Below are positions 52,460 through 64,000 of a stretch of DNA of 64,000 nt, in pieces; within the stretch, counting starts at the first letter, position 1; the number at the start of each line of letters is the position of its first letter. The DNA lies in the NCBI RefSeq assembly GCF_963921235.1, contig NC_086097.1, positions 170,316,001-170,380,000 of the forward strand, given 5' to 3'. A program made the position numbers and the translations under genes. The notes beneath the pieces are model-generated. The model searched no databases. It had not been told where the DNA came from and saw only the letters and a program-made list of their open reading frames with translations. This DNA is from Mobula hypostoma (lineage: Eukaryota).

Positions 52460-53310
52460 ATGAGAATATACAAGGCATGGTTAGGTTAGTAAGTTTGCAG
52501 ATAACCTCACAACATGTGGTGTCATAGACAGTAAAGAAAGCTAACAAAGATTACAGAGGGATCTTGATCAGCTGGGTATTTGGTATGAGGAGTGGCAAAT
52601 GGAGTTTAATTCAGATAATTGTGAGGTGTTGCATTTTGTGGAGACAAATGAGGTTAGGACTACAGCAGACTCTGACGCTTTTTGTAGAACAAAAGGACCT
52701 CGGGGAACAAGTACACAACTCCCAGAAAGTGATGCCACGGGTAGACAGGGTAGTAATGAAAGCATCTGGGAAGCTGGCCTTCTGGGTACTGACTCTTGGA
52801 GTTGAGAAGTTATGTTGCAATTTTACAAGCTGTTGGTGAGGCCACATGTAGAGTTTTGGTTACCATTTTATAGGGCAAATGTCATTAAACCAAAAAGAGT
52901 GCAAGGAGGATTTAGGAGAATTCAGGAGGATTTGAGGGCCTGCATTGTAGAGAGAGGTTGGTCAGGCTAGGACCTCATTTCTTTCAGTGTTGGAGGATGA
53001 GGGGTGGCCTTATAAAGATGGCGGGCATAGATAAGGTGGATGGTCATAGCCTTTTTCTCAGGGTAGGGGAATCTAAAACTAGGTGAGAGGAGAAAGATTT
53101 AAAAGGTACTTGAGGGGTTATATGAAATAGGTAGTCAGGGCAGGTACAATAACAACAGGCAGTTACAATCACAGCATTTAAAAGAGACTTGGGCAAGAAC
53201 ATGGCTAGGAAAGATCTGGGCCAAACGTAGGCAAATAGCTCAGATATGTGTCATGAACAGATTGGGCTGAAAGGCCTGTTTCCCTGTTGTATTACTGTAT
53301 GACCCATGAA
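52460..53310 (+). mobile_element. Old CR1 3' fragment
   Basis: KFAD, MEFNSDNCEVLHF and CR1 tail. Confidence 0.75.
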
Positions 53311-53539
53311 ATAAGTATTTTTCAGAATTCTTTGTAATGAGAATAAGGGTGAAGGTTGGGGAGCAGAGCAGTTCTTGAACAACCATTCAGAATTGCTGTC
53401 CTTGTTTCCATCAGTATGAATGCAACATATGGGTCAATAATAATAGCAGTCGAAGCTGCAGAACAGCACTTGGCAATGTGAAAACAGAAGATCAATAGAG
53501 TTCAAGAGAAATGGATTTTGTTCAAAAATTAGAAGATAA

Positions 53540-56500
53540 AGGAGGCTGAACAGATTGATAAAAGGATGAAGGTAAAACTAAACATGAAGGGAAAAAGGCA
53601 GTTAGAGCAGAGCACCCCTGTGGCTATTCCCCTCAAAAACAAGTATACCGCTTTGGATACTTTTGTGGAGGATGACCTCCCGGAAGAATGCCACAGCGAC
53701 TGGGTTACAGGCACTGAGCATGGGTCCATGGTGCAGAAGGGAAAGAGAGAAGAAGGGAATGGTAATGATAGGGGACTCAATAGTGAGGGGAACAGGCAGG
53801 AGATTCTGTGGATGTGAACAGGACACCCAAATGGTATGTTGCCTCCCAGGTGCCAGGATCAGGGATGTCTCAGATCATGTCCACAACATTTTGAAGAGGG
53901 AGGGGGAGCAGCCAGATGTCTTGGTACATATTGGTACCAATGACATAGGAAGGAAAAGCAATGGGGTCCTGAAAAGAAAATTTAGAGAGCTAGGTAGAAA
54001 GCTGGGAAGCAGGATCTCCTCGGTAGTAATTTCTGGATTGTAGCCTGTGCCATGTGCCAGTGAAGGTAGAAACAGGACAATTTGGCAGATCAATGAGTGG
54101 CTGAGAAGCTGGTGCAGGGGGCAGGGCTTCAGGTTCTTGATTAATTGGGATCTCTTCTGGGGGAGGTATGACCTGTTCAAAAGTGACAGGTTGCACCTGA
54201 ACCTGAGGGAGACCAATATTCTCGTGCGCAGGTTTGTTAGAGCTGTTGGGGAGGGTTGGCAGAGGGGTGGGAACCAGAGTGATGGGACTCGGGATAGGAC
54301 AAATGGTAAAAAAGTAAAAATAGCGTGCTGTCAGGTTGTCAGGAAGGGCAGGCAGGTAATGGAACTTTGTTGCAGCCAACAGGCTATCAAATCATTAGGG
54401 ATGCAGAATCCAGAAAGGAGAGTAACTATGGTACTCAAGGTGTTGTATCTAAATGTGCGTAGTATAAGAAATAAGGTGGATGATCTTGTTGCAATTTTAC
54501 AGTTTGCCAGGTATGATGTTGTGGCCATCACTGAATCATGGCTGAAGAATGGTTGTAGTTGGGAGCTGAATGTCCAAAGTTACATGTTATATCGGAGAGA
54601 TAGGAAGACAGGCAGAGGGAGTGGTGTGGCTCTACTGGTAAAGAATGGCATCAAATCACTGGAAAGATGCAACATAGGATCAGAGGCTGTTGAATCCTTG
54701 TGGGTTGAGTTAAGAAACTGCAAGGGTAAAAGGACATTGGTGGCAGTTATATACAGGCCTCCCAACAGTGGCTGGGAGGTGGACCACAGGTTACAACAGT
54801 AAATAGAAAAGGCAAGTCAAAAGGGCAATGTTATGGTAGTCATAGGAGATTTTAACATGCAGGTCAATTGTGTAAATCAGGTTGGTAATGGACCTCAAGA
54901 GAGTTAGTTGTTGAAAGAGATAGCTCTTTAGGGCAGTTTGTTGTTGAGCCTACTGGGGGATCAGCTATACTGGATAGGGTGCTATGTAATGAACCAGAGG
55001 CAATTAGGGAGGTTAAAGTAAAAGAACCCTTAGAAACCAGTGATCACAATATGATTGTTTTCAAATTGAAATTTGATAGGGAGAAAGCAAAGTCTGATTA
55101 GCAGTATTTCAGTGAAGTAAGGGAAATTATAGTGGTATGAGAGGGGAGTTGGCCAAAGTAAATTGGAAGGAGCTGCTGGCAGGGATGTCAGCAGAGTAGC
55201 AATGGCGTGTGTTTCTGGGGAAAATGAGGAAGGTACAGGACATGTGTATTCCAAAAATAAAGAAATAATCAAATGGTAAAATAGTACAATCATGGCTGAC
55301 AAGGGAGGTCAAAAACATTATAAAAAAGCAAAAGGAAGGGCATACAACAAAGCAAAAATTTGTGGGAAGATAGAGGATGGGGAAGTTTTTGAAAACCTAC
55401 AGAGAGCAATTAAAAAACTCATTAGAAGGGAAAAGATGAAATATGAAAGCAAGCTAGCAAATAATATCAAAGTGGGTAGTAAAAGTACTTTTCAAGTTTG
55501 TTAAAATAAAAGAGAGATGAGAGTGGATATAGGACCACTAGAAAATGATGCAGGAGAAGTAATAACGGGGGACAAGGAGATGGCTGATGAGCTAAATGAG
55601 CTGTGGAAGACTCGAGCAGTAGGCCTGATGTTGTGTGTGTAGGAGGAGAAGTAGGTGCACCTACTGTTCCAAGAAAGAAGGTACTCAAAAACTGAAAGAC
55701 CTAAAGGTACATAAGTCAGCTGGACCAGAGGAACTACACCCTAAGTTTCTGAAAGAAGTAGCGGTAAAGATTATGGTGGCATTATAAATGATCCTTCAAA
55801 AATCATTGGACTCTGGCATGGTGCCAGAGGACTGAAAAAATTGCAAATGTTACTCCACTCTTTAAGAAAGGAGGAAGGCAGCAGAAAGGAAATTATAGAC
55901 CAGTTAGCCTGACCTCAGTAGTTGGGAAAATGTTGAAGTCAGTTATTAAGGATGAGGTGATGGAGTACTTGGTGACACAGGACAAAATAGTTCAAAGTCA
56001 GCATGGTTTCCTTCAGGGAAAATCCTGCCTGACAAACCTGTTGGAATTCTTTGAGGAGATTACAAGTAGGATAGATAAAGGGATTGTAGTGGATGTTGTA
56101 TATTTAGATTTTCAGAAGGGCTTTGACAAGGTGCTACACATGAGGCTGCTTACAAAGTAAAGAACCCATGGTACTACAGGAAAGTTACTAACATGGTTAG
56201 AGCATTGGCGGATTGGTTAGAGGCAGCGAGTGGAAAAAAAGGATCCTTTTTTGGTTGGCTACCAGTGACTAGTGGTGTTCCGCAGGGGTTGGTGTTGGGA
56301 CCACTTCTTTTTATGTTGTATATAAATGATTTAGATGATGGAATAGATGGCTTTGTTCCCAAGTTTAAAGATGATATGAATGTTGGTGGAGAGGCAGGTA
56401 GTGTTGAGGAAACAGATAGGATGCAGAAGGACTTAGATTAGGAGAATGGGCAAGAAAGTAGCAAATGAAATACAATGTTGGAAAATGCATGGTCATGCAT

Positions 56501-57297
56501 TTTGGTAGTGGAAATAAATGTGCGGACTATTTTCTAAACGGGGAGAAAATACAGGAATCTGAGTTGCAGAGGGACTTGGGAGTCCTTGTGCAGAACACCC
56601 TGAAGGTTAACTTGCAGGTTGAGTCGGTGGTGAGGGAGGCAAATGCCATGTTAGAATTCATTTCTAGAGGTTTAGAATACAAGAGCAAGGATGTGATACT
56701 GAGGCTTTATAAGGCACTGGTGAGGCCTCACCTTGAGTATTGTGTACAGTTTTGGGCTCCACATCTTATAAAAGATGTGCTGGCATTGGAGAGGGTCCAG
56801 AGGAGGTTCACAAGGCTGATTCCAGGAATAAAAGGGTTATCATTCAAGGAACGTTTGGCTCTGGGTCTGTACTCGCCGGAATTCAGAAGGATGAGGGGGA
56901 GTCCCATTGAAACCTTTTGAATGTTGGAAGGCCTAGATAGAGTAGATGTGGAAAGGATGTTTCCCATGGTGGGAGAGTCTAGGACAAGAAGGCACAGCCT
57001 CAGGATAGAGGGGCGCCCTTTCAAAACAAATGCGAGAAATTTCTTTAGTCAAAGGGTGGTGAATTTGTGGAATTTGTTGCCACATGCAGCTGTGGAGGCC
57101 AGGTGGAAAGGTGTATTTAAGGCAGAGATTGATAGGTTTTTGATTGGACATAGCATCAAAGGTTTTGAAGAGAAGTCTGGGAACTGGGGTTGAGGAGGAA
57201 ATAAAAAAAAGGATCAGCCATGATTGAATGGCAAAGCAGACTTGATGGGCCAGACGGCCTAATTGTGCTCCTATGTCTTATGGTCTATAGTCTTATG
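53540..57297 (+). mobile_element. Long degraded CR1 LINE (ORF1 esterase plus ORF2)
   Basis: IGDSIVRG, VHIGTND, YLNVRSIRNK, IYRPPN, GVPQGLVLGP and LYKALVRPHLEYC; tail tcttatggtc. Confidence 0.93.
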
Positions 57298-57364
57298 GAA
57301 AAAGGCATAAATAAAGCACACATACCATAAAGTGATGAATTTAGTGAAGCGTGTCAACTGATCC

Positions 57365-57735
57365 AGGAATGGAAAATCAACTGTTGAAGGAACTCAGCAG
57401 ATCAGGCAGCATCTGTGTAGCAAAGAAAAGGTTAGTGTTACAGTGTCAGGACCCTACATAAGAACTGATGTATAAAGAGGTAGGGCAGAGGCTTGCAGGC
57501 TGGTAGGCTATGTCTCCCACCTCTCTCTCACGTCTTTTTACCAGCTATTGCCTTCTAGCCTTGGCTCCCTTTCACTTTATACTAGCTGCCTTTCCTCTAT
57601 ACTTCTGGCCCAGATTCAATATCCCAATCTGAAATATTTACCATGCCTTTTCCTCCAGAGTTGCTGCCTGACCTACTGTGTTCCTCCAGCAGTTTGATTC
57701 TGTTCTCCACACTCCAGCATCTGCAGTCTTTCGTG
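57365..57735. mobile_element. Old fold-back PLE mini-element
   Basis: gaaggaactcagcagatcaggcagc ... gctgcctgacctactgtgttcctccagcag in inverted orientation. Confidence 0.65.
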
Positions 57736-57896
57736 CCTCTATTATAACAGGAACCCAGCGGAAAGGAAGCACTGAGGTCAAACAACAGTATCATCTTATT
57801 AAATGTCAGAGCAGGCTCAAGAGGCGTGCCAGATCTTGCTTCTATTTCTAATAAAGAACTTTCAAATGTGGATAAAAAGACAATTAGGAAGAGAAA

Positions 57897-58555
57897 CGCA
57901 AACAGGAATTCTGCAGATGCTGGAAATTCAAGCAACACACATAAAAGTTGCTGGTGAACGCAGCAGGCCAGGCAGCATCTGTAGGAAGAGGTGCAGTCGA
58001 CGTTTCAGGCCGAGACCCTTTGTCAGGACTAACTGAAGGAAGAGTGAGTAAGGGATTTGAAAGTTGGAGGGGGAGGGGGAGATCCAAAATGATAGGAGAA
58101 GACAGGAGGGGGAGGGATGGAGCCAAGAGCTGGACAGGTGATAGGCAAAAGGGGATACGAGAGGATCATGGGACAGGAGGTCTGGGAAGAAAGACACGGG
58201 GGGGGGACCCAGAGGTCTCTCACTCTCCTTTTTCTCCCTCTGTCCCTCTGAATATACCTCTTGCCCATCCTCTGGGTCCCCCCGCCCCCTTGTCTTTCTT
58301 CCCGGACCTCCTGTCCCATGATCCTCTCGTATCCCCTTTTGCCTATCACCTGTCCAGCTCTTGGCTCCATCCCTCCCCCTCCTGTCTTCTCCTATCATTT
58401 TGGATCTCCCCCTCCCCCTCCAACTTTCAAATCCCTTACTCACTCTTCCTTCAGTTAGTCCTGACAAAGGGTCTCGGCCTGAAACGTCGACTGCACCTCT
58501 TCCTACAGATGCTGCCTGGCCTGCTGCATTCACCAGCAACTTTGATGTGTGTTGC
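57897..58555. mobile_element. Young fold-back PLE pLTR insertion (near-perfect ~285-bp arms) with 12-bp TSD
   Basis: Arms ~57931-58215 and ~58270-58555; taggaagagaaa at 57885-57896 and 58556-58567. Confidence 0.93.
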
Positions 58556-59194
58556 TAGGAAGAGAAAATAAACATCAAGGCATTTCATATACACATCAGT
58601 AACAAAGCAAGGTTCAAGGTCAGGCAGGATTAGACCCATTAAGCAATGGCAGGGATAATGAATACTTATCAGTTTTCACACCTTGATCTTTCCCTCAAAG
58701 CTGACATTTATTTCCCATCCCTGATGTCCTTGAGAAATTAAATTACGGACTTCAGTGAAAATGGCATGTTTTTACATGGAGGCTGCAGTGTGCTGTTAAT
58801 TACAGTACCTTCATTTTCTGGGAAATTTCTATTGTACCATAATGTTGGATATCCTTCACCACAACGATTGAGAAGGCAGCTCCCCTTCTCAAGGGCAATT
58901 AGGGATGTTTATTAATTGCTGTGTTTGCTAATGACATCTTATTGTATAACCCTCTGGAGAGTATGAGACAGCACTTTTCAAAGTTCAAAGTTCAAATACA
59001 AGTTTACTGCGACATGCACAAGTGCATGTTGGAGCAGGTGCATAGAGAAACTTACGGTAGCATCACAGGCAGAGAGCATCAATATACACAACGTCTGCAA
59101 GAAAATTGTAAATTATGCAAAATTTTACAAGAAAGAGTACAATTAACACAATTAGAACGTAAAATGTCCATTATGGTGCAAAGTGGTCAACGGA

Positions 59195-59562
59195 GTATTG
59201 ACCTTTCTGAATCCTTCTTATCAACTTAAAATATATGAGTAGAGAAGTGGAGTTGACGACATTACTGAACGTGTTCGATTTAAGATAATGGTCTAGCCTT
59301 GTTTTGTTCCGTTTGCTTTTTTTGGGTTTAGTACTTTTTTTGTTTTTTTGGGGTTTTTCTTTGTATTTATTTCTTTTTATTTCTTTTTTCTCTATGATTA
59401 ATTATATCAAGAGTTTGGAAGTCTATTATACTTGTATTATTTGAAATCTTTTTTGTACATGCTTATCAATAGTAAGATTATTCCAGTCTCTCTGTATCAA
59501 CATTGTTATTCTGTTTATAATTTTGGAAAACTAATAAAAAGATTTAAAAAGAAAGAAAGAAA
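59195..59562 (+). mobile_element. Probable L1/Tx1-like 3'UTR fragment
   Basis: T-rich tract ending in aataaaaagatttaaaaagaaagaaaga; inserted into a Rex-like remnant. Confidence 0.45.
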
Positions 59563-59599
59563 GGAGTATGACGTTGCTATGCTGAGTGGTGATTATGGC

Positions 59600-60385
59600 T
59601 ATGCAGCTTGGTTGACGGGAAGGAGCTGTTTTTGAACCTGGTGGTGTGAGACTTCAAGCTTCTGTTCCTCCTAGCCAATGGTAGCTGCGAGAAGATGGCA
59701 TGGGCTAAATGGTCAGTTTCTGTAATGACAGATGTTGCCTCCTTGAGGCAGAACCAGAACCTGATCTAGATACTACCAGTGATGGGGAAGGATGTGCCTG
59801 TGATGAGTGCTGGTCTTCCTGCGTTCCTGTACATTTGAATTGCCTGTGATGCAACCACTACTCAGGATACTCAGAACAATAGGTTATGAGGAAAAGGCAG
59901 GAGAAAGGGATTAAGGGGGATAATAAATCAGAATGACGGAATGCTGGAGCAGTCTCAATGGACAGAATGGCCTAATTCGGCTCCTATATCTTATGCTCTT
60001 ATGATCTTAGCAATGCATTTATAGGAGTATGTAAGTGTGTTCAGACCATGCCAAAAATCTAAACTTTTAAGAAAATAAAGGTGCTGCCTCTTCTTCCTTG
60101 CGATTGCATGGATGTGCTGGGCCCAAGACAGATCACCAAAGACTTAATGTCCAAGAATTTAAAGCTGCTAGCTCTCTCCATACCGATCTCCCAATGTAGA
60201 CTAAAGCACGCTTGCCTTCTCTTCCCTTCCTGAAGTCAACCACCAGTTCTTTAGTTTTACTGATGCTGAGCAAGAGGCTGCTTTTGCAGCACTACTCAGC
60301 CAGGTATCCTGTCTCTGTCTTGTGCACCTACTCATTATCACCTGTGATATGGCCAACAACAGTGATGTTGTCAGCGAAATATGAC
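59600..60385 (-). mobile_element. Degraded Rex1/Babar fragment containing a short CR1 tail
   Basis: Homologous to 21660-22330 (ttcccttcctgaagtcaaccaccagttc); CR1 tail at ~59880-60008. Confidence 0.7.
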
Positions 60386-60990
60386 AGATTTACATTTTAT
60401 TGTGTGTAGATAGTTGTTGTTGCAGTGTTATTACAGAATGTAAGAAGCACAGCATGGGTAAAAAAAAAGCAAGGGATGTTGAAAATAGATATGCCTCGAG
60501 AATAATTTGAAATAAATTAACTTGTTAAACCAATTTCCTCAGAGAAGTAAGGGTTCTCTAACTCGATTGCATACGCTGAATGTATGTAAGAAATAGTCAG
60601 ACACCAGATTCAACCAGCCTGGAGTGGTGACAGAGAAACACACACAATTTGAGTCAAATTTGTTGGAAGGAGCTTAGCTTTCTCTTAGAATTTATGTATT
60701 TGAAAGATGACAAGAGGAACATTTATTCAGAGCTTGGGAATATCAGCCACTGAGTTCCAAACTGCCTGGGGGTGGAAGGCATAGCAAGACACATTTCTTA
60801 ACAAGCCTGGCAGTAAGCCTTCACGGTTGCTGCTTTGGAGACCTAGTAGCTGTTATAGTGAAAACCCTGGTGAGTAAAGATGCTGGTCTAATACAGATGA
60901 GGGAAACTTAACCAACATTTCCTAGGAATATTGGCATTGGTTTATTATTGTCACATCTGCCAAGATATAGTGAAAAGCTTCTTTTGTTTA

Positions 60991-62560
60991 CAGATTTCCC
61001 CCGCCACCCGAAGGTAGAGCGTTCCTATGAAATGGTTCGTAAGCTGAAATATCGTAAAGCGAAGAAACAATTACCATTTATTTATATGGGAAAATTTTGT
61101 GAGTGTTCGCAGACCCCAAAATAACCCACCAAATCATGCCAAATAACACATAAAACCTAAAATAACAGTAACATATAGTAAAAGCAGGAATGATATGATA
61201 AATACACAGCCTATATAAAGTAGAAATACTTTTCCACAATCATTACTGCACTGTTCTCTGTAGCGAAAATCTCACGCAAGTGCCATTGGCAGAAAATCTC
61301 ACGCAATCGCTATTGGCAAAAACACGGCGCAAGCACTCTCCAGTAAGCTATGAAGCTGCCAAATCATACCAAATAACACGTAAAAATACACAGCCTATAT
61401 AAAGTAGAAATAATGTATGTACAGTGTAGTATCACTTACCGGAATCGGGACAGCGCCAAGCACACTGATGATGGTGTGTTAGACTGAGTCGTTGCAGGTT
61501 GGGTGGTGCAGTGGCCCCCACCCTCCAGGCCGCCGACCGATACATTGCTGCGAAGCATGCAGGAGTCCAGCGGTAGCCGGAAGGTACACGGCATATCTTT
61601 AAGAAAAAAGCTGAAATAAACATGCTAATTAATTAGGTGCTGCCCGACATGTAATGGTCAGCCCAGATCAGTGCCGATTTCCGATTGCGTCGTCTCTGAT
61701 CTAGGCCGACAATTACATGTCGGGCGGCACCTAATTAATTAGCATGTTTATTTCGGCTTTTTTCTTAAAGATGTGTTGTGAGCCTCCCGGCTACCGCTGC
61801 ATTCTCCACGAATCGGTATCTGTCCGTGGCCTGGGGGTTGGGGTGGTGGGACACTGGGATGTCATCTCATTGTCTGTTTCCATTAGAGCAGGTGGCTCAT
61901 CTTCTCCTATGACTGCCCGCCTCGATGTCGAAGGTCGAGGTTCGTCGTCTGCTGTGGCTGATGTGGAAGGCTTGCTTGACTGCTGAGCCTCGTGCATTTT
62001 TCTATCACACAGTTCTTTGTATGGACTCAAACCATCTTGCAAATATCCCCTAAACCTATGTACCCTTTCAAAATTAAAGTCGTACTTTATCATTACTCAT
62101 TCAGTTTCGATTGTTATCCTTTCCTCTTCCAATTACATCAGCTCTTCATCTATCAGTTCTTGGTCATGGGATGCCAAAACCTCTTCAACATCATCTTTGT
62201 CAGCTTCCACAAGCCAAACTCACTTTGTCCTTACCTCGTTCACCACGATGGAAACGCTTAATTATGTCTAGTTTTATGCTTAGTGTAACACCCTTATGAG
62301 CTCTTTCAGGGCTTTTCCGATACCTTAGAACTCATCTTGCAAACGGCTGCTCACAGGCACGTGTTTAAACAATGCTGGCTAGATTGCAGTTCCGAATCCG
62401 GGGGAGAGCGGCTGCTCGGGCGCGCGCAGCCTTTTATCGCGCGCTGCTTTTTTTTGTAACAGTGAAAACACCTTCTGAAAGCGAAAACAAGGTACTAATG
62501 TAGGTCTTTCGTAACAGTGAGGTTTCATAAAGCGAACGTTCGAAAAACAGGGGACACCTG
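60991..62560 (-). mobile_element. Internally deleted Tigger/pogo DNA transposon
   Basis: TIRs CAGATTTCCCCCG / GGGGACACCTG; N-terminus MSSKVSEKP..KGVTLSIKLDIIKRF joined to C-terminal DDVEEVLASHDQELIDEELM and DFNFERVHRFRGYLQDGLSPYKEL; DDE core absent. Confidence 0.88.
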
Positions 62561-62789
62561 GTACTCTTCTTACAGAGGTCAAATCGTTACACAGTGCGTT
62601 GAGGTAGAATAGGGTAAAGCAATAACAATGCAAAATAAAGTGCAAAAGCTACGAAGAAAATGTGATGCAACTAAATGTTAAAGAGCAAGATGTTGCATGT
62701 AAATTAGGATCTTCATTCAGATCAACATCATGGTTAGACTCTGGGAGCTCTCTTAATTAAATTGTTTAATTAGATTGACTCTTGTAAAC

Positions 62790-64000
62790 AGGCAAGACGT
62801 TCATCTGCAATAACTCAGGTTGCATTTTGTCATACAGGTAAAGATGGACACTCACATGGGAACCAGCTATGCCTGCCCCTTCATAGCTACATAGAACAGT
62901 CTATATTCTAAGCCTTCCCTGGTAATGCTCCCCAACTCTTCCTCTGACAACTGGATTGGAGCTGTTTCATGCACCCGTGCAGAGCTAATCAATTTCATCA
63001 CCTTTATCCCTAACTTCCACCCAGCCCTTAAGTTCACTTGGCCCACTTCTGACACTTCTCTCCCCTTTCACAATCTCTTTGTCTTCATCATGGAGACAAA
63101 CTGTCAACTGTCATCTGTCACCCCATCTTCATGCTGCCTCAACAGTGATAGAGTTCCTCTTGTCCTTACCTACTACCTCATGAACCTCTGCATCATCCTC
63201 TGTACTTTCTGCCATCTCCAACGACATGCCACCACCAAACGTAACGTTACCACACCCCCAGCTCCATTTTCTGCAGGGAATGTTCCCTCCAGGATTCCCT
63301 TGCCCATTTGTCCCTCCCCATTAATTTTCCTCCTGGCATTTATCCCTGTGAGCAACTAAAGCAGCAAACAGCTACATCTGCCCATTCACCTCCTCCCTCA
63401 CCTCCATTCAGGGCCACAAACAGTCCTTCCAGGTGAGGTAACACTTCACCTGTGAATCTGCTGGGGTCGTCTATTGTGTCCGGTGCTCCTAATGCTGCCT
63501 CCCCTACATCGGTGAGACCTATCGTAGAGTGGGGGACTGCATTGTTGAACACCTTTGCTCCATCCGCCAGAAGTCGAACTTCCTGGTGGCTAAACATCTT
63601 AATTATGATTCCCACTTCCATTCTGACATGTTGGTCCATGGTTTCCTCTTGTGTCAAGATGAGGCCACTCTCAAGGTGGAGGAGCAACATCTAGTATTCC
63701 ACCTGGGTAGCCTCCAACCTGATGGCATGAATATCGATTTGTCCTTCTGGTAAAAAAAAGATTCCCTCCCCCCCCCTTCTATTCTCCACTCTGACCTCTT
63801 ACCTCTTCTCATTTGCCTATCACCTCTCTTTGGGTCCCCTCCTCCTTTCCTTTCTCTTATGGTCCACATTTCTCTCCAATCAGAGTTCTTCTTCACCAGC
63901 CCTTCATCTTTCTGATCCACCTGGTTTGACCTGTCACCTCCTAGCTATCCTCCTTCACCCCTCCCCACTTTTTCATTCTGGCGGCTTCCTCCTTCCTTTC
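62790..64000 (+). mobile_element. Degraded PLE (RT remnant, GIY-YIG, start of pLTR)
   Basis: HMGTSYAC RT motif, NFHPALKFT, YIGET..GDCIVEHL, EEQHLVFHLGSLQPDGMN. Confidence 0.85.

Noticed and set aside
57928..58571. Mirror-image ~205-aa ORFs on both strands
   Set aside because: Consequence of the inverted pLTR; the same pseudo-peptide appears at 2267-2620 and 46555-46818

Overview
Vertebrate, repeat-dominated, probably intronic or intergenic DNA. I found no host protein-coding exon, rRNA, true tRNA gene or CRISPR array. The repeat mix suggests a cartilaginous fish, probably a ray (inference). It includes many nested CR1 LINEs (one near full length, with a Zn-finger/SGNH-esterase ORF1 and an APE-RT ORF2), Rex1/Babar LINEs, RTE pieces, an AT-rich R4/Dong element, Neptune-type Penelope-like elements (PLEs), tRNA-derived SINEs, Tigger/pogo, hAT and Tc1 transposons and MITEs, and a 37-bp CpG-rich minisatellite. 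Nearly all long ORFs are transposon remnants or repeat artefacts. The most notable observations are four: (1) fold-back PLE insertions carrying minimal hammerhead ribozyme motifs, each with a 12-15 bp target-site duplication and a one-sided tail, often inserted into older copies of the same family; (2) a Sleeping Beauty-like IR/DR plus transposase C-terminus, a candidate horizontal transfer; (3) a decayed HDV-like ribozyme fold at the 5' end of a non-autonomous RTE derivative whose tail is shared with a SINE; (4) a ~100-bp-arm hairpin inside a deleted Tigger. Family names rest on motif recognition, not database searches, and boundaries of old fragments are approximate.
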